From an uncultured virus (IMG/VR IMGVR_UViG_3300021399_004696) (taxonomy: Duplodnaviria > Heunggongvirae > Uroviricota > Caudoviricetes), in IMG/VR virus record IMGVR_UViG_3300021399_004696: a DNA stretch of 63,371 bases. One strand, written 5' to 3'. The notes below the pieces were generated by a model. That model ran no database searches. It saw only the letters and a program-made list of their open reading frames with translations, and had not been told where the DNA came from. Shown here piece by piece: positions 1 through 8,211 of this stretch. Both the position numbers and the translations under genes were made by a program. Numbering within the stretch: the stretch's first letter is position 1; every line of letters starts with the position of its first letter.

Positions 1-28
1 AAAGAAGGTTGTCAATAACACAATTAAG

Positions 29-979
29 ATGAAGGATCTTGAGCCTTTCGTTGAAGGTTTGGATGAAAAAGATTCCAAGGCTTTGTTCGATCTGCTCGTA
101 GACAGGGGTATTGACATTATTGAAGAGGATGAGCCTTTGACATATACAGGCAATGACAGCAGCGTAGCCCAATATCTGAAGGAAATGGCACGCTATCCTC
201 TGTTGACCCACGAGGAAGAAATTGACCTGGCAAACAGAGTTCAGGCCGGGGATGAAGAAGCTAAGGAGATCTTAGTTTGCAGCAATCTTCGTCTGGTTGT
301 ATCCATTGCTAAGAAATATACTAACAGGGGTCTGCCTATCCTGGATCTCATACAGGAAGGAAATATAGGTCTTATGAAGGCTGTTTCTTACTTTGATCCA
401 GAAAAAGGATTCCACTTCAGTACTTATGCTACCTGGTGGATCAGGCAGTCTGTTACCAGAGCTATTGCGGACCAGGCCAGAACGATCAGGATTCCTGTTC
501 ATATGGTAGAGCAGATCAATAAGCTTGCCAGAACACAGAGAACTTTAACGCAGACCCTCGGCAGAGAGCCTACGATCGAAGAGCTTGCTGAAGCAACAGG
601 GCATTCAATAGAAAAGATTCAGGACATCCAGAAAGTGTCTCAGGACCCCATCTCTTTGGATATGCCGGTCGGGGAAGACAAAGAAACACCTCTTTCCGAG
701 TTTTTGAGTGTAAACGAAAGCACTTACAGTGCTCCGGATGAAGAAGCAAATCGAGAGGCGTTCAGAGAGGCGCTCAGTAAGAGTATGACTATTCTGTCCG
801 AAAGAGAACAGATCATACTTAATCTGCGTTTCGGTCTGGATGACGGCAGATCGAGAACTTTGGAAGAAGTCGGTAACAGACTTGGAATAACCAGAGAAAG
901 AGTCCGTCAGATAGAAGCAAAAGCTCTTAGAAAGCTTGGCAAGAATTCTCACGCAAGAATACTCCAGGGGTTCTATTAA
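29..979 (+). CDS. rpoD: RpoD/SigA-family sigma-70 factor (probably 5'-truncated by the window edge)
   Basis: Region 2 motifs NLRLVVSIAKKY, DLIQEGNIGLMKAV, FSTYATWWIRQ; region 4.2 RTLEEVG..TRERVRQIEAKALRKL; frame is open upstream to position 2. Confidence 0.93.
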   Translation: MKDLEPFVEGLDEKDSKALFDLLVDRGIDIIEEDEPLTYTGNDSSVAQYLKEMARYPLLTHEEEIDLANRVQAGDEEAKEILVCSNLRLVVSIAKKYTNRGLPILDLIQEGNIGLMKAVSYFDPEKGFHFSTYATWWIRQSVTRAIADQARTIRIPVHMVEQINKLARTQRTLTQTLGREPTIEELAEATGHSIEKIQDIQKVSQDPISLDMPVGEDKETPLSEFLSVNESTYSAPDEEANREAFREALSKSMTILSEREQIILNLRFGLDDGRSRTLEEVGNRLGITRERVRQIEAKALRKLGKNSHARILQGFY

Positions 980-1028
980 GTTGAATTTTGCTTTAAGCAT
1001 TTCATGTAACACGTATAAAAGCGTCATT

Positions 1029-1059
1029 CCGGGCGCTTTTATATTGTCATTTATATATT
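1029..1059 (+). promoter_or_regulatory. CCGGG-N20-TATATT element promoter
   Basis: Member of the recurrent fixed-spacing motif. Confidence 0.55.
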
Positions 1060-1084
1060 GAGATCAAGAAAGGACGGTGTAACA

Positions 1085-1330
1085 ATGTTACAAACACTGA
1101 AAAATATATCATATGAGCGGTTCGGTTCCAATTTAAGACAGGCTTTGGCCAACAACAAAATGTCTGACGAAGATTTCGGAAGATATGTTTTTGATCGCTT
1201 ATATTTTGCCAACGATAAGAAAATATTGGCAGCTAGAAAAGAAATGGTAGAGAGGATGTGTGGGGTGTCCGTCGCAGAAATGGCCGACAAGTCCCGCAGG
1301 ACAGATTTGAATGCTTCGGAAATATCGTGA
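1085..1330 (+). CDS. hypothetical protein
   Basis: ORF with RBS-like AAGGACGG upstream of ATG 1085. Confidence 0.6.
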   Translation: MLQTLKNISYERFGSNLRQALANNKMSDEDFGRYVFDRLYFANDKKILAARKEMVERMCGVSVAEMADKSRRTDLNASEIS

Positions 1331-1331
1331 C

Positions 1332-1805
1332 ATGGGTCTGGATGTCCAGGACATCATATTGACCATTATAGAAAAAGAAACAGACAGAGAGTTGTCGTAC
1401 GAGGAGGTTGTCAGCTTTTTACAGGATCAAGCAGATATTTTTTCTTTAGAATTAATAGATGAATTAAGTAACAGTTCCAATTCAAAAGTGAAAAAACTGG
1501 CCACAAAATGGCAAACAGTTTATAAGCAGATCGTTCGTGTGACGCCTGCTGTTTTTATTGCACGGATTTGGGGTTTGGCTTTGGGGCTTAATTATGAGTC
1601 TTACGAAGAAGAATGCTTGTTTTGTGACCTGGTAGGATATTTGATCTATGAAACTTTATTCCAAAACGGTTATGTTTCAGGAAATCTGCACCAAATAACA
1701 CCTCCGACAGCTAAAGATGAGAGACGCGACATTCAGCTGAAAGTTTATCAAAGAGCTTTTGAAATAGGAAAGCAGATTAAAAGTTTAGAGGAGGTAATTC
1801 GATGA
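1332..1805 (+). CDS. hypothetical protein
   Basis: ORF coupled to dut. Confidence 0.65.
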   Translation: MGLDVQDIILTIIEKETDRELSYEEVVSFLQDQADIFSLELIDELSNSSNSKVKKLATKWQTVYKQIVRVTPAVFIARIWGLALGLNYESYEEECLFCDLVGYLIYETLFQNGYVSGNLHQITPPTAKDERRDIQLKVYQRAFEIGKQIKSLEEVIR

Positions 1806-2242
1806 AAATCAAAAAATTGGCCCCGGATGCGAAGATTCCGGTAAAAGCTACCAGCAGCGCGGCAGGAGTGGATCTGTGTGCATATCTTCCCGAATACGGA
1901 GATAAGGATATTGATATCGAAAGCCATCAAACCATTAAAGTCCCGACCGGGATTGCAGTTGCCATACCGGAAGGCTATGTAGGGCTTATTTTTGCAAGAT
2001 CCGGAACAGCAACTAAAAAAGACCTGGCTCCGGCAAATAAGGTTGGTGTTATCGATTCTGATTACAGAGGTGAACTTATAGTAGCCTTGCACAACCACGG
2101 CAGACGTACACAGAGCTTTAAACATGGTGATCGTATTGCTCAGCTCGTAGTAGTACCCTGTTTGGATTATGAGTTTGAAGAGGTCGATGAGCTTCCTGCA
2201 ACGAACAGAGGAGAAGGGGGGTTCGGTTCCACAGGAGCCTGA
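1802..2242 (+). CDS. dut: trimeric dUTPase
   Basis: AAGVDL, ARSG, GVIDSDYRGE, DRIAQL, RGEGGFGSTG motifs. Confidence 0.96.
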   Translation: MKIKKLAPDAKIPVKATSSAAGVDLCAYLPEYGDKDIDIESHQTIKVPTGIAVAIPEGYVGLIFARSGTATKKDLAPANKVGVIDSDYRGELIVALHNHGRRTQSFKHGDRIAQLVVVPCLDYEFEEVDELPATNRGEGGFGSTGA

Positions 2243-2247
2243 TATAA

Positions 2248-2997
2248 ATGATCGCGCTTACAATCCCCGATATTCACTTAAAACCCGAAATCTTCGATCA
2301 GGCCGACACTATCATGGCTTCAGAACCTACGATAGACAAAGCTGTATGTTTAATGGACATAGCTGACGACTGGGGTAAACAGTTTGATGCAACTTTATAT
2401 GAGCAGACGTTTGCACGCGCCATCAAATTTACACAAGACCACCCCGATACTTTATGGTGTTGGGGCAACCACGATCTGTCGTATCTGTGGAAAAAACACG
2501 AGAGCGGGTACTCAAGCTTTGTTGAAGAGCTGGTCTTTAAAATGCTCCGTAAATTTACACATGTTGCTGCGGATACCCTGGATTATATGCATCTGGTTGA
2601 CAACACTTTATTTGTCCATGGAGGTCTTTCTGACGGCTACGTAAGTTACTATTGTCCTGACGAGTATGACGATCCAAAAGTGGTAGTAGATAAGATAAAC
2701 AATTCTTTCGCTTTAAAAGAATTATGGCTGGAAGATTCTCCTATCTGGCTCCGCCCACAGCTTTATCATCTGCCTATGTACAAGGAAGAATCTCTTCTTC
2801 AAGTTGTTGGCCACACACCCGTTCAAAGAGTGTATAAATGCGGATCGGTTCTTTCATGCGATTCTTTTTCAACGTCTTCAACAGGGCGTCATATAGGGGA
2901 ACAGTGTTTTGTTATTGTTGATACGGTTACTCATGAATGGCAAAAAATAAGTGCTTTGGCTTCTGTGGAATACGCGTTAGAAGGGAAAGAGACTTAA
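2248..2997 (+). CDS. calcineurin-like metallophosphoesterase
   Basis: DIH, GNHD, HGG, GHT motifs. Confidence 0.85.
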   Translation: MIALTIPDIHLKPEIFDQADTIMASEPTIDKAVCLMDIADDWGKQFDATLYEQTFARAIKFTQDHPDTLWCWGNHDLSYLWKKHESGYSSFVEELVFKMLRKFTHVAADTLDYMHLVDNTLFVHGGLSDGYVSYYCPDEYDDPKVVVDKINNSFALKELWLEDSPIWLRPQLYHLPMYKEESLLQVVGHTPVQRVYKCGSVLSCDSFSTSSTGRHIGEQCFVIVDTVTHEWQKISALASVEYALEGKET

Positions 2998-3013
2998 CGA
3001 AAGGAATGGCAAC

Positions 3014-3364
3014 ATGGAAAACGTCACTATATCTAACATCGCCGGGCTTATGATTTTGATTGCATTCGTTTTCTGTTTTACAGCTATCTTAGTCGGGATA
3101 AGAGTGCGCAAGAACAGATCGATATATGTTGCTTTATGTAAGCGTCTCGTATCCCGATACAACAATCAGGAACTCAAAGGTATAACAACGCCCGAAGCGC
3201 TTGCAACAGTCCGTCAAGAGATATTCGAAGCATTGATCATAAGCATGTCTAATCCGGCCCGACTCATGTTTCCGTTTATAGGCAGGCAGGAAATGGATAA
3301 TTTCTTTGCAATAGATGCGGATCTTGAAAGTCCGATAGAGGACTTCATAAAGAAATATTCGTAG
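3014..3364 (+). CDS. hypothetical membrane protein
   Basis: N-terminal hydrophobic helix. Confidence 0.65.
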   Translation: MENVTISNIAGLMILIAFVFCFTAILVGIRVRKNRSIYVALCKRLVSRYNNQELKGITTPEALATVRQEIFEALIISMSNPARLMFPFIGRQEMDNFFAIDADLESPIEDFIKKYS

Positions 3365-3404
3365 GAAAGAAGCAATAATATAAATGTAAAGCTCGGATAT
3401 CATT

Positions 3405-3435
3405 CCGGGCTTTTTTGTATTTTGCGGGCTAGAAT
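3405..3435 (+). promoter_or_regulatory. CCGGG-N20-TAGAAT element promoter
   Basis: Recurrent fixed-spacing motif upstream of RBS AAGGAGG. Confidence 0.65.
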
Positions 3436-3461
3436 CATAAAAATGAAGGAGGTTAGCAACT

Positions 3462-4022
3462 ATGGAACACAAAACACTTAGAAAAGAGATTTTGGAAGTT
3501 ACAGCCCCCAAGCAGCTGATCGTAGGAGACCCTATGTATTTTGATGACGGTTTGGAAGCTAAGCTTTGTTATGTTAATAACAAGCTCCCTAAGGATGCTT
3601 TTGCAGAACTTATTCTCGAAGAGGTTGAATGTTCGTCTAAGATGTTTGGGGATGAAAAAATGACTTTTTCTATGATCGAAGCCTCTTTAATCGTTAGAAA
3701 AAGATCCGTTCAAGGAATCAAGATTCAGGGGGCGCATGAAGAAGGATGTCATATACCTACTTTGGAAAAGGGGGAACAGGTTCTTGGTTGCGATACAGCT
3801 TCATTCGAACTTAATGGTGATGTTTTTCATATCGGCGGTGATGGAGCTTACGGATCTGTTACGGAATATAAGAATAACGAAGCTGTTATTTTAAGCGTGG
3901 CATTCCCGAGCGATCTGTTTGATTTTGATGAGATCAAAAACAGGCTGTCTTCTAACTTTGGGCCTGTCTTGGCAGAAAGAACGATCGTAGAAGCAGTTCC
4001 TGATGTTGATAGGAATCTATAA
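3462..4022 (+). CDS. hypothetical protein (C-terminus DRNL)
   Basis: ORF with strong RBS. Confidence 0.75.
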   Translation: MEHKTLRKEILEVTAPKQLIVGDPMYFDDGLEAKLCYVNNKLPKDAFAELILEEVECSSKMFGDEKMTFSMIEASLIVRKRSVQGIKIQGAHEEGCHIPTLEKGEQVLGCDTASFELNGDVFHIGGDGAYGSVTEYKNNEAVILSVAFPSDLFDFDEIKNRLSSNFGPVLAERTIVEAVPDVDRNL

Positions 4023-4038
4023 TCAATAGGGGGAATGT

Positions 4039-4476
4039 ATGAAAGTTATTGATTTTGATACGGCCGGCAATGTTATAAAGCTGTATTATGGCGCGGACGA
4101 TATAAAAGATTGGCACGGCGATGACTGGAATGATACACCGTATGAACATAATGCAGGAACAGTTTATTCCGAATTTGTAAAACAGTCTTGTGATTATGCG
4201 TTCCCTTTTGGATTTGCGGTTTTAACTCCCGCCACTGACTGGAATTATCAGGGCAATTCTCCGTTTTGTAAAGACGACATGAAGGCACGTAAATGCCCCT
4301 GTCTTGTCATTACTTCACACAAAGACTTTTTTGAAGCATATTCCAAATTGTACGGGGCAGAAGAGTCTGACGAGCTTATTAAGATCTATTTCGGAGATAC
4401 CGATAATGTTGTAGAACAAAAGATCAGAAAGCTCGGGGGTTTACGTATTAATATTGCTTGTGGAGGTGGACGCTGA
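4039..4476 (+). CDS. hypothetical protein
   Basis: ORF containing GDDWNDTPYEHNAG, a motif type seen in phage/MGE proteins. Confidence 0.7.
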   Translation: MKVIDFDTAGNVIKLYYGADDIKDWHGDDWNDTPYEHNAGTVYSEFVKQSCDYAFPFGFAVLTPATDWNYQGNSPFCKDDMKARKCPCLVITSHKDFFEAYSKLYGAEESDELIKIYFGDTDNVVEQKIRKLGGLRINIACGGGR

Positions 4477-5138
4477 TGCAGATAGTATGGCCTACAATAA
4501 GTTCTCAAATGTTTAATGAATATCGAGACCGGTATGAAGAAAGAAGACGTAGCTTTGGGGAAAGAGCCGCACTTCTAAAAGGAACCTTACAGGAACAGAC
4601 CGAAAACGCCAGGAAAGGTCTTATTGGAAACATCATTATCCTGATCGGCACTTGCTTGGTTTATGTTATATTACACAGCTATGCAAGAGATTTTATATCC
4701 AGACGCGCTGACTTTATCTGTGCCTTATTGTATTTTTCAATATCAGTCTTTATTGTCATAAGATCTTTTATGGCTGCAACCAAGATCGAAGCAACAAAAA
4801 ATCAGTTGCGTAATATAAATACGGAAACTACATGTTGTTTAAGTGAGTTTTATCTCTATCATAACGAGGCCGACTTTAATAAGCTTCAGCGGATCTTTAC
4901 GGAAGTTGAGTTTTTGCGAGGCAGTGCCAGCGATGTTGAGATAACCGAAGTAACCTATGATAAAAAAGAAAAAGTATTGTGCCTTATTGGTAAAGGTTGC
5001 CGTTTTAGTTGGGATCTCAGTTTCATCGAGAAAATAGATCAGTACATTACAGATAAATATGCAGAATACTATTTTACTAAAGATACGGCGGATCTGGCGT
5101 TTCTTGATTCTTGTGCATATTTTATCACGCAGGGTTAA
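4476..5138 (+). CDS. hypothetical membrane protein (2 TM)
   Basis: TGATG coupling, two hydrophobic segments. Confidence 0.65.
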   Translation: MQIVWPTISSQMFNEYRDRYEERRRSFGERAALLKGTLQEQTENARKGLIGNIIILIGTCLVYVILHSYARDFISRRADFICALLYFSISVFIVIRSFMAATKIEATKNQLRNINTETTCCLSEFYLYHNEADFNKLQRIFTEVEFLRGSASDVEITEVTYDKKEKVLCLIGKGCRFSWDLSFIEKIDQYITDKYAEYYFTKDTADLAFLDSCAYFITQG

Positions 5139-5141
5139 ATG

Positions 5142-5172
5142 CCGGGACTTTGGTTTCGTTAGTCTTTACAAT
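5142..5172 (+). promoter_or_regulatory. CCGGG-N20-TACAAT element promoter (ssb, possibly read through into the TnpB-CRISPR locus)
   Basis: Recurrent fixed-spacing motif. Confidence 0.65.
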
Positions 5173-5204
5173 TAAACCATAGATAAAACTTAGGAGGTAA
5201 TTCC

Positions 5205-5654
5205 ATGAACAGAGTAATCATTTCAGGCAGGCTTACAAAGGAACCCGAATTAAAGCAGGTGGGAGATGTCTCCAACTGTTCGTTCGCAGTTGCTGTAGAT
5301 CGTAAGTATAAGAACAAGGATGGCGTAAGAGAAGCGGATTTCTTTAACTGTGTTGCCTGGCGTTATCAGGCAGACTTCCTGGCCAGGTATTTCCATAAGG
5401 GCAGCAAGCTCATGCTTGAAGGTACGCTTCAGAGCAGATCTTATGAGAAGAACGGCCAGACAGTGTATGTCACTGAGATTGTAGCAGAACATATCGAGTT
5501 TGCCGAGTCCGCGCCTCAGAAGACAGTAGCAAGCACAGCTCCTACGGCCCCCGCAACGGCTCCGGCAGAAGCACCTGCAGTTCCTGCAGCTCCGGCACCC
5601 GTAGATGCTCCTCCTGAAGAGTTTGGCGCAGAGGATCTGCCTTTCGAACTTTAA
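5205..5654 (+). CDS. ssb: single-stranded DNA-binding protein
   Basis: MNRVIISGRLTKEPEL, ADFFNCVAW, Pro/Ala-rich linker, acidic DLPF tail. Confidence 0.95.
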   Translation: MNRVIISGRLTKEPELKQVGDVSNCSFAVAVDRKYKNKDGVREADFFNCVAWRYQADFLARYFHKGSKLMLEGTLQSRSYEKNGQTVYVTEIVAEHIEFAESAPQKTVASTAPTAPATAPAEAPAVPAAPAPVDAPPEEFGAEDLPFEL

Positions 5655-5739
5655 TAGACCACAATAACCAACGCCTCTAAATTGGGTGATATCATATTTT
5701 ACTCCATTTCCCATGGAAATTGAATTGCGGGGCTTAATT

Positions 5740-6948
5740 ATGATCAGAGCTTATAAGTACAGGATTTATCCTACAGAAGAGCAAGCAAAGCAGATTCGTA
5801 GTAATTGCGGGGCTGCGAGATTTGTATATAATTACGCGCTCGGCTATTTTCTTGAACAACGCAAGAAGGCCGAGGAAAGTAACGGCGAAAAGATATTTTA
5901 TAATAAGTATGAAATGTCAAGGGTCGTTCGTGCCTTAAAGACTTTCACAGACGAAGAAGGGAATCAGCCCTATGCTTGGCTTAACACTATAGATTCTATC
6001 CTGGTCAATTATGCTCTAGGAGATCTTGAGGCCGCATTTAAGAATATCTCTAAAAACGGTGCGGGCTTCCCGAACTTTAAGCGTAAGGGCAACTCTGGCT
6101 CGTATCACACGCAGAATATCAATCACAACATTTGGGTGAACGACGGCTATATCAAGCTGCCGAAGATCGGTCCTATGAAGATTGTTCTCCACAGATCGTT
6201 AGACGGTATCATCAAGAGCGTTATCGTTTCTTACACGGCTTCGGGCAAGTATTACGTCGCTATATCTCAGGATATCCCGGATGAGAAGATACTCGGTACA
6301 AATGCCGGAGGAGAAGTCGGCATAGATGTCGGGATCAAGGAATTCTACTCTGACAGTAACGGCAATGTTGTAGCCAACCCTAAGTTCCTGTCAAAGTCTG
6401 AAAAGAAACTTAAGAAGGAACAACGCAGACTTTCTAAGATGATCGAGAGTCATATTGTTGAATACAGGACCATAGGCGGTAAGCGCTATCCCGTTTATGA
6501 CAAGCCGATTAGCGAGTGCAAGAATATTCAAAAGCAACGTATCAAGCTTGCAAAGATCCACGAGCATATCTCAGCTCAGCGTGAATACCTGCATGATGTC
6601 GAAAGCGCGAAGATTGCCTCTGAAAATGCTCTGGTTTGCATGGAAGACCTCAAGATACAGAACATGCAAAAGAACCATAAGCTCGCAAAGTCAATTGCGG
6701 ATGCCGGCTGGTACAGTTTTAAGTCTAAGGTGGCTTACAAGGTGAAGGATCACGGCGGAGTCCTGGTTTCTGTCGAGACTTTCTTCCCGTCATCCCAGAC
6801 CTGTTCCTGCTGCGGATACCGGAACAAGGGTACCAAGGACTTAAGCGTCCGCAAGTGGACCTGTCCCGAGTGTGGCACGGAACACGACAGAGATGTTAAT
6901 GCCGGAAAGAACATCCTTGCCAGAGGTAAGGAAATATTAAGTGCCTGA
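5740..6948 (+). CDS. tnpB: CRISPR-associated TnpB-family RuvC nuclease, 402 aa (candidate miniature type V effector)
   Basis: AYKYRIYPT N-terminus; RuvC-I GIDVG, RuvC-II MEDL, zinc finger CSCC..CPEC, RuvC-III HDRDVNA; no adjacent tnpA; CRISPR array 145 bp downstream. Confidence 0.9.
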   Translation: MIRAYKYRIYPTEEQAKQIRSNCGAARFVYNYALGYFLEQRKKAEESNGEKIFYNKYEMSRVVRALKTFTDEEGNQPYAWLNTIDSILVNYALGDLEAAFKNISKNGAGFPNFKRKGNSGSYHTQNINHNIWVNDGYIKLPKIGPMKIVLHRSLDGIIKSVIVSYTASGKYYVAISQDIPDEKILGTNAGGEVGIDVGIKEFYSDSNGNVVANPKFLSKSEKKLKKEQRRLSKMIESHIVEYRTIGGKRYPVYDKPISECKNIQKQRIKLAKIHEHISAQREYLHDVESAKIASENALVCMEDLKIQNMQKNHKLAKSIADAGWYSFKSKVAYKVKDHGGVLVSVETFFPSSQTCSCCGYRNKGTKDLSVRKWTCPECGTEHDRDVNAGKNILARGKEILSA

Positions 6949-6949
6949 A

Positions 6950-7093
6950 AAGCACGTTTGAACCTTGATAATCAGACAGTGTAGGGCGGTTGTCTCCCGA
7001 ACACTATAAAACTAAACGCTTACGGAGATTCTAACATCGTAGCCGGTAACGGAGCGAGGTAGTCGAAGAAGTAAGAATTCTGTGTGATTTGAG
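6950..7093 (+). ncRNA. omega-RNA-derived scaffold / putative tracrRNA
   Basis: Blocks GTAGGG..CCCGAAC..AACGCTTACGGA..GAAGTAAGAA are collinear with the IS605 omega-RNA at 62873-62976; ends in CTGTGTGA, complementary to repeat TTGCACAG; boundaries approximate. Confidence 0.7.
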
Positions 7094-7758
7094 GGTTAAC
7101 AGTACGTTGATTTTGCACAGCAGTCAAACTAATGCCGTTGCCCCTTTCTGCAAAGAATGGTTAACAGTACGTTGATTTTGCACAGCAGTCAAACGATTCG
7201 CTTCCTCTTCCTTGGGAGTACGAGGTTAACAGTACGTTGATTTTGCACAGCAGTCAAACCGAGGAATCGAACTGCTATAGAATGATCGGGTTAACAGTAC
7301 GTTGATTTCTCACAGTAGTCAAACTCCCAAATCTCGGGTGGCTTCGCTGATATTGGTTAACAGTACGTTGATTTCTCACAGTAGTTAAACAGTTAATTAA
7401 AACGTATGGCGAAGCTGGTGGGTTAACAGTACGTTGATTTATCACAGTAGTCAAACCCCTTGCGCGCCTTTGCTGTGATGGTGGGAGGTTAACAGTACGT
7501 TGATTTATCACAGTAGTCAAACGTTATGTTTGCATTACATAAGAAGGGCAGGGATTAACAGTACGTTGATTTCTCACAGTAGTCAAACTCTTTGGATTCC
7601 GTTAAGTCTGCCGTTCAGGTTAACAGTACATTGATTTCTCACAGTAGTCAAACCCAAGCCATCATCGATGCAATTCAGGAGAAGATTAACAGTACGTTGA
7701 TTTCTCACAGTAGTCAAACAGCTCCTGAGCTGTCACCGTACCAAATGTGAGTTAACAG
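7094..7758 (+). CRISPR. CRISPR array: 10 full 36-bp repeats (GGTTAACAGTACGTTGATTT[TG/CT/AT]CACAG[C/T]AGTCAAAC), 10 spacers of 29-30 bp, truncated terminal repeat at 7750
   Basis: Repeat starts at 7094, 7159, 7224, 7289, 7355, 7421, 7487, 7553, 7618, 7684; all spacers unique; orientation inferred from the degenerate right end. Confidence 0.97.
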
Positions 7759-7799
7759 ACGTAATCAAGTTCAAGTGGGACACACAGAAAAGCAAACTC

Positions 7800-7830
7800 C
7801 CGGGTGTTTGTGTCCCAAAAATTATAAAAT
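7800..7830 (+). promoter_or_regulatory. CCGGG-N20-TAAAAT element promoter
   Basis: Recurrent fixed-spacing motif. Confidence 0.6.
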
Positions 7831-7867
7831 AATCGTGACGATAGAACACAGAAAAGGAGGGGCGTTT

Positions 7868-8164
7868 ATGTCAAATCAGGATAACACAACGAGCTTGAAA
7901 GTGCTTGGTGGTTCTTTCAGGGCAGAGGTTAATCAGGGAGCAGGGGAGATAGGCATATATTTCAGGACTCAGACCGGTGAAGAGATTGACATCTGCAATA
8001 TTGTTCTAAAGGATAAGTTCGGAAACTATCTGGAGAACAGTTCTAATAAGGTCGCTGCTACCGCGTCAGTATACGTCTTCTCAGATCCTTACAACGAAGA
8101 CTATACGCACAAGGTTAATATTTCGATCAACGAGATAATCAAAGCCGTTACGACCGTAGTATAA
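7868..8164 (+). CDS. hypothetical protein
   Basis: AAGGAGG RBS before ATG 7868. Confidence 0.7.
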   Translation: MSNQDNTTSLKVLGGSFRAEVNQGAGEIGIYFRTQTGEEIDICNIVLKDKFGNYLENSSNKVAATASVYVFSDPYNEDYTHKVNISINEIIKAVTTVV

Positions 8165-8211
8165 CTACACAGCCGCAAACTAAAACAAGCAGGCTTCGTA
8201 CTTCCACAATG

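Noticed and set aside
5740..6948. Assignment to a named subtype (Cas12f, Cas12n)
   Set aside because: The sequence looks like a generic TnpB; the subtype needs phylogeny
7275..7520. 81-aa minus-strand ORF with LTTVxNQRTVN repeats
   Set aside because: Translation artefact of the CRISPR repeats
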